DNA of 64,000 bases, taken from Vitrella brassicaformis CCMP3155 (taxonomy: Eukaryota > Protista > Chromerida). Both the position numbers and the translations under genes were made by a program. A model generated the notes under the pieces. The model had not been told where the DNA came from, ran no database searches, and was given only the letters and a program-made list of their open reading frames with translations. The stretch lies in the NCBI GenBank assembly GCA_001179505.1, contig CDMY01000520.1, positions 62,001 through 126,000 of the forward strand, given 5' to 3'. Positions 59,507 to 64,000 of this stretch are shown here, piece by piece. Numbering within the stretch: position 1 is the first letter of the stretch; every line of letters begins with the position of its first letter.

Positions 59507-61718
59507 ATGGCACCAGAAACGAAGGCCTATGCGTCTGCATCTGACGTCCTCCAAGAGGAGTGGGAGAAACTGAGCCGGCAGCTTTGCGGTCGTGTGCTGA
59601 CAGAGAAAGACAAGGCGTACGACGAGGTGGGTGGCAAACACACAATGCAAGCGCCACCAGCAGGCCCCCGCAGACACGCACAGCACAAGAAAGGGATTGT
59701 CTGTCTGTCTGCCTGCCTGTCTGTCTGCAGGCCCGGCTGCAGTGGAACTTGGACCTGCTGAAGAGGCCTTCCCACATCATCAGATGTGAGAGCGTCAGCG
59801 ACGTACAGGTGGCCGCAAAGCGGCTCCCATGATCACAGGCTCTGATTGTGTGTTGTCTGGTCTTATGGTCTATCAGCTGGCTGTCAAGTTTTGCAGGAAG
59901 CACTCCCTGGAGCCCACAGTGGCGGGCGGGCGTCACAGCCCCTACTGCTTCAAGGATGATACGGTGGCCATCGACCTGGAGGGCCTGCACGGCGTGCACG
60001 TCGACACGGACAAACGCATTGCCCACGTGCAGGGCGGGGCTCGCCTCAAGCATCTGGACAGCGAGTGTGCCATCCATGGGCTGCACGTCGTGGCGGGGCA
60101 CAACTCGACGACGGGCGTTGCGGGCTTGACGCTTGGCGGCGGAGTCGGGTACCTCAGCCCCTTCTGGGGCCTCACGGTCGACTCATTCCCGTCAGCACAA
60201 CTCGTCACGGGTGCGATACGCCTCACTGACCACAGCATAGTCTCTATGTGTGTATCCATCCACTTGTGTGTCGGTTGCTGTATCAGCTGAGGGTGAGATC
60301 GTGGAGGTGAGTGACGACCTGCACCCCGAACTGATGTGGGCGTTGCGCGGCTCCGGATGGTCCGTGAGCTGCATGTCTGCGAAGCAAGACCACCCGCCGG
60401 CACCCCTCTGGGACGAGTGTATGTGTTTGCAGGAACTATGGCATCGTGACGCGCTTTGACTTTGCCCTTCGGCCAGTCACAACCGTCTTCGCCGGCGTGG
60501 CCCAGGTCAGTATACACAGACAGACACATAGCTGGGAGAAATGCTGCACCCCCCAATGGATGTGCGTGTGTCTTTCTGTGTTTGTGGATGCAGTGGCCGC
60601 TCAGTTACGAGACCAGCTCAATGATAACCGAACTTGTTCGCGTGGTCTACGACGAGTTCACCGACCTGGCGCTGACAGTGGCCTTTGCTAACCCCGACGG
60701 GCAGCAGCCGATAGCCATCTGCCAGCCGTGTGCCCTCGATCCAGAGAAGGGCCAGCAGGACTGGGAGAGCGCCAAAGCGCGCGTCGCCCTGCCGCCACCC
60801 TTGATGGAGCAGGTGGGCACATACAAACACACACGCGCGTGGCTAGGTGGTGCTGTGAACGAGCCGTGAATCAATGGGTTTTGCTGGTTGCCGTATGCAG
60901 GTTGGTCCGAGGCCTTACCGGGAGCTGCAGGCCATGATGGAGCCGATGCAGCCGCCCAGCCACATATACGAGAAGGGGTGGCTCATCCGAGACTTCACCA
61001 CGCAGGTGGCGGACGAGGTCGTCGATGGTGGGTGAGCCCACACGGCAGCAGAGGCAGAGGACAGTCGAAGATATGCACCAAGGCAGCAGCAACCGACAGA
61101 CAGGAGGGACAGTTCTGCTGGCTTCCTTTTGTGTTGTGGTGCGTTTGGTGCAGCATTGGCTGAGAGGCCCTTCCCTGGCTGCGTAATGGCTCTGGCGCCG
61201 TTCGGCAAGGCGGTGGGCACAGACATGCATCAACGAACGCATCGGGGGGTCTGGGTCATCGACGGTGACGTGTGTGTGTCTATTGGTGTGTCGTGTCGCC
61301 AATGTGTGTTTGTGTAGGCGAATGGAGTGTCTGACGAGGCGACGGCCTTCTTCAACCGCAAGTCGCGCTTCTGGCTGCTCATCTTGGGATTCTTCCCTGA
61401 GGGCGCTGACAACCGGCAAAAGGCAATGGACTGGTCAAGAAAGGTGACCAGAATAGCACGGCACAGCCACACGAACCGCCCTGCCTGCCTCCACACGCGC
61501 ACTGTCTCTTCTGTCGGTCTGTCTGTCTGTCTGTCTGTCCGCAGGCGCACGGTGCGTTTGCCGAGTACAGCACTGGCAGGTACATCAGCGTGCTTGGCGG
61601 GATCGAGGAGGACAAAATGGACAGCATCTACGGCGCCAACCTGCAGCGCCTCCAGGAGGTCAAGCGCCAATGGGACCCTCACAACTTCTTCCACCACAAC
61701 CGCAATGTCAAGCCGTAG
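59507..61718 (+). CDS. FAD-linked oxidoreductase, berberine-bridge-enzyme/vanillyl-alcohol-oxidase family, multi-exon
   Basis: Motifs RPSHIIRCESVSDVQLAVKF, VAGGRHS (covalent-FAD His), VAIDL, VQGGARL, TGVAGLTLGGGVG, PELMWALRGSG.NYGIVT and the C-terminal BBE motif YGANLQRLQEVKRQWDPHNFFHHNRNV; TAG 61716-61718. Confidence 0.92.
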
Positions 61719-62107
61719 CCAGACAAGCGGGGTGCGGGAGGGGAGTAGTTTTTCGTACGTTTAGGTTAGTCCTCGATGAATTCATTGAGCTCCCTCCCTG
61801 CCTGCTGGTGTCTGACCACAATGTTGTGCAGTCACTTTTATGTGAGCCAATGAGGAGAAACGAGACGGACGGCGTAGCCAGACGATGAACCATGAGATGG
61901 ATGGATGGATCGATCGGGGTCGACAAGGGTTTGGACCTGGCTGCATATCTTCATGTGTGTGAGAAAGGTTCAACAGGATGCACCCAAGTCGACTATAGGG
62001 TGAGCATCTTCAGCGCTTCAGCTGTCCTGGCTTACTCATTTCAGCTATCAACGTTCAACGGCAAACCCTCAGTCAGTCTGTTTCTGCCATCACCCCACCC
62101 CTTACTC

Positions 62108-62407
62108 NNNNNNNNNNNNNNNNNNNNNNNNNNNNNNNNNNNNNNNNNNNNNNNNNNNNNNNNNNNNNNNNNNNNNNNNNNNNNNNNNNNNNNNNNNNNN
62201 NNNNNNNNNNNNNNNNNNNNNNNNNNNNNNNNNNNNNNNNNNNNNNNNNNNNNNNNNNNNNNNNNNNNNNNNNNNNNNNNNNNNNNNNNNNNNNNNNNNN
62301 NNNNNNNNNNNNNNNNNNNNNNNNNNNNNNNNNNNNNNNNNNNNNNNNNNNNNNNNNNNNNNNNNNNNNNNNNNNNNNNNNNNNNNNNNNNNNNNNNNNN
62401 NNNNNNN
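62108..62407. other. Assembly gap (300 N)
   Basis: Run of N. Confidence 1.
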
Positions 62408-62421
62408 CACCCACCACCTCC

Positions 62422-64000
62422 TCACTGGCCCGCCCCTCCGCCCTTCTTCCTCCGTTTGAATGGCGGCGAGCCCTTCCCGCCCTTCTTGGGCACCTTGCCA
62501 TGCTTCGACACACCTGACGCGTCACGCGGCCTCTCCCCATCAGAAGGTCTCTTCTTGCCCTTGGCCGCCGGTGGCTGGCCCGCAGCTGCTGCCTGTTGCT
62601 GTTGGTGCTTGCCCTTGTGTTTCTTCTTGCCCTTCTTGGCGCTCTGGGGGCCACAACACCGCAACACACACGACAAGGGATGCACACAGAGAGTGTTGGG
62701 GTGGCTCTGTGCAGACTGACCGATGGTGCGCCAGCAGCTGAAGCAGATGGTGGCGGTGGCTCCTTGTCTGGGAAGGTGAGCGGTCTCTCGAGCATGTCGG
62801 CTGTGATGTTGGATTCGTCCCACGTCTGGACCGCCTCGTTGTGCTTCCGTCGGTCCTTCTTGATGCGAGACGGGATGACGTTGGACTCCTGAAACACACA
62901 AAGGAGATGCACTCGCCACACGCGTGTGTGCGTGTGTGTGTGGGTACCTTCTTGAGTTTTGCGACGAAGAAGCCGTCCATGTTGTGCACGTGGGGGTAGT
63001 ACCTGACAGACAGACAGACGGACGACATGAGAGAGGCAGCGACTCCCACCGACACACCAATCTACCTCCTGGCGTTGTCGATGGATGGATGGAAGCGACG
63101 CTCCCGGAAACGGGTCAATCCTGCACACACGTGGCCAGCCACATTTGTTTTGTTTGTGCTCTGTGTGTGTGTGGTGTCGTGTGCGTGTGTGTGTGTGTGT
63201 GTGTGGGCGCTGACCGTGGACGCCGAAGTTGGGATCGATGGCGTCGATTGGGACCACCTTGACGTGGCGAATGTGCAAGATGTGATCCTGAGAGAGAGGA
63301 AACACGTGACCATGGATGGGTGTGTGGGGTCAGGTCTGTCCTCGTGTCTGTCGGTGCGTGTCTGACTGACCAGGACGGCCTCGTTCTCCTCCACACTCAG
63401 GGAGCACGTCGAATACCTGCACAAGCAGCCAGGACACGGCAGTGTGCGAGATACACATGCGCGTGGCTGGCTGGCTGGCTGGCTTGTTTGTTGGTAGCTG
63501 CCTTACACGATGTATCCGCCCGTCTTTGAGTTGGCGTCGACCAGGTCGACGGCCACCCGCAGCAGCTCCTTCTGCAGAACCGAATGCTCCTCGAAATCCT
63601 TCGGACCCTACAATACAAAAGACACATAGCCAACACACACACACACACAGAATGAACACACGGATGTGAGGAGGGGAAGCGTACAGACCCGTTTGACTTT
63701 GACTGAAGCGTCGCGTGCAATGATGCCAGCCCCGCTGCAGGGGGCGTCCAGCAGCACCTGCACACACACACACCAGACCGCCAACCAGCCCCAGACAGAC
63801 ACACAGGGGTGCCTCCTGGAGTGTCTGGGGTGGTGTGAGAGATTTCTCACCCGGTCCACTTTGGGCAGATGCTCAGCCAGCCTGTCCAAAGAAGCCCAGC
63901 AGACAGGCAGCAGAAGCAGCCATACACACCACACCACTCCATGCCCCGCACCCCCGCGGGTAGGTACTCTCCCTGTGCTCACTCACTCACTCCTTCACTC
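62422..64000 (-). CDS. NOP2: NOP2/NSUN1 rRNA m5C methyltransferase, 3' part (5' exons outside window)
   Basis: Motifs [13 protein letters not shown] (motif IV), [38 protein letters not shown] (motif VI) and [18 protein letters not shown], plus a Lys-rich nucleolar tail. Confidence 0.95.

Noticed and set aside
1-64000. Hundreds of ORFs in the six-frame track (HTHTHT, CVCVCV, antisense ORFs over GOGAT and SSS)
   Set aside because: They are translations of intronic microsatellites or shadows of GC3-rich coding strands; the spliced models explain the sequence.
1-64000. CRISPR arrays, tRNA/rRNA/snRNA genes, retrotransposon or transposase ORFs
   Set aside because: No regularly spaced repeat-spacer units, no T-loop/anticodon or U1/U2/U6 signatures, and no RT, integrase or DDE motifs were seen by eye; a covariance-model scan was not run.

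Overview
Eukaryotic, intron-rich, GC3-biased genomic DNA. Introns are short (mostly about 65-110 nt, GT-AG, many GTCAG/GTGAG donors) and full of (CA)n/(TG)n, (GATG)n, (GACA)n and (GTCA)n microsatellites. One gene has a complex-plastid signal+transit presequence. This is most consistent with a chromerid alveolate such as Vitrella brassicaformis (inference). Most ORFs in the six-frame track are shadow or intron read-through ORFs, so genes were rebuilt by hand from splice sites. Recognisable genes: an ERGIC-53-like L-type lectin, a bacterial-type secreted subtilase (S8/S53-like), a cold-shock-domain protein, a 19-exon fused NADH-glutamate synthase, a sodium:solute symporter, a PsbQ-like thylakoid lumen protein, a large LRR + Cys-rich + multi-TM receptor-like protein, a berberine-bridge-type FAD oxidase and NOP2, plus several hypotheticals. 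The most striking item is a 6-exon, 215-aa secreted protein (57677-58666) built like the tip of a phage tail fibre plus a peptidase S74 intramolecular-chaperone domain. Also notable: CA-rich 5' / TG-rich 3' intron halves that could base-pair, and rearranged duplicated segments flanking the subtilase gene. No tRNA, rRNA, CRISPR array or transposase was seen. There are two 300-N assembly gaps. All family assignments come from motif recognition by eye; no database searches were run.
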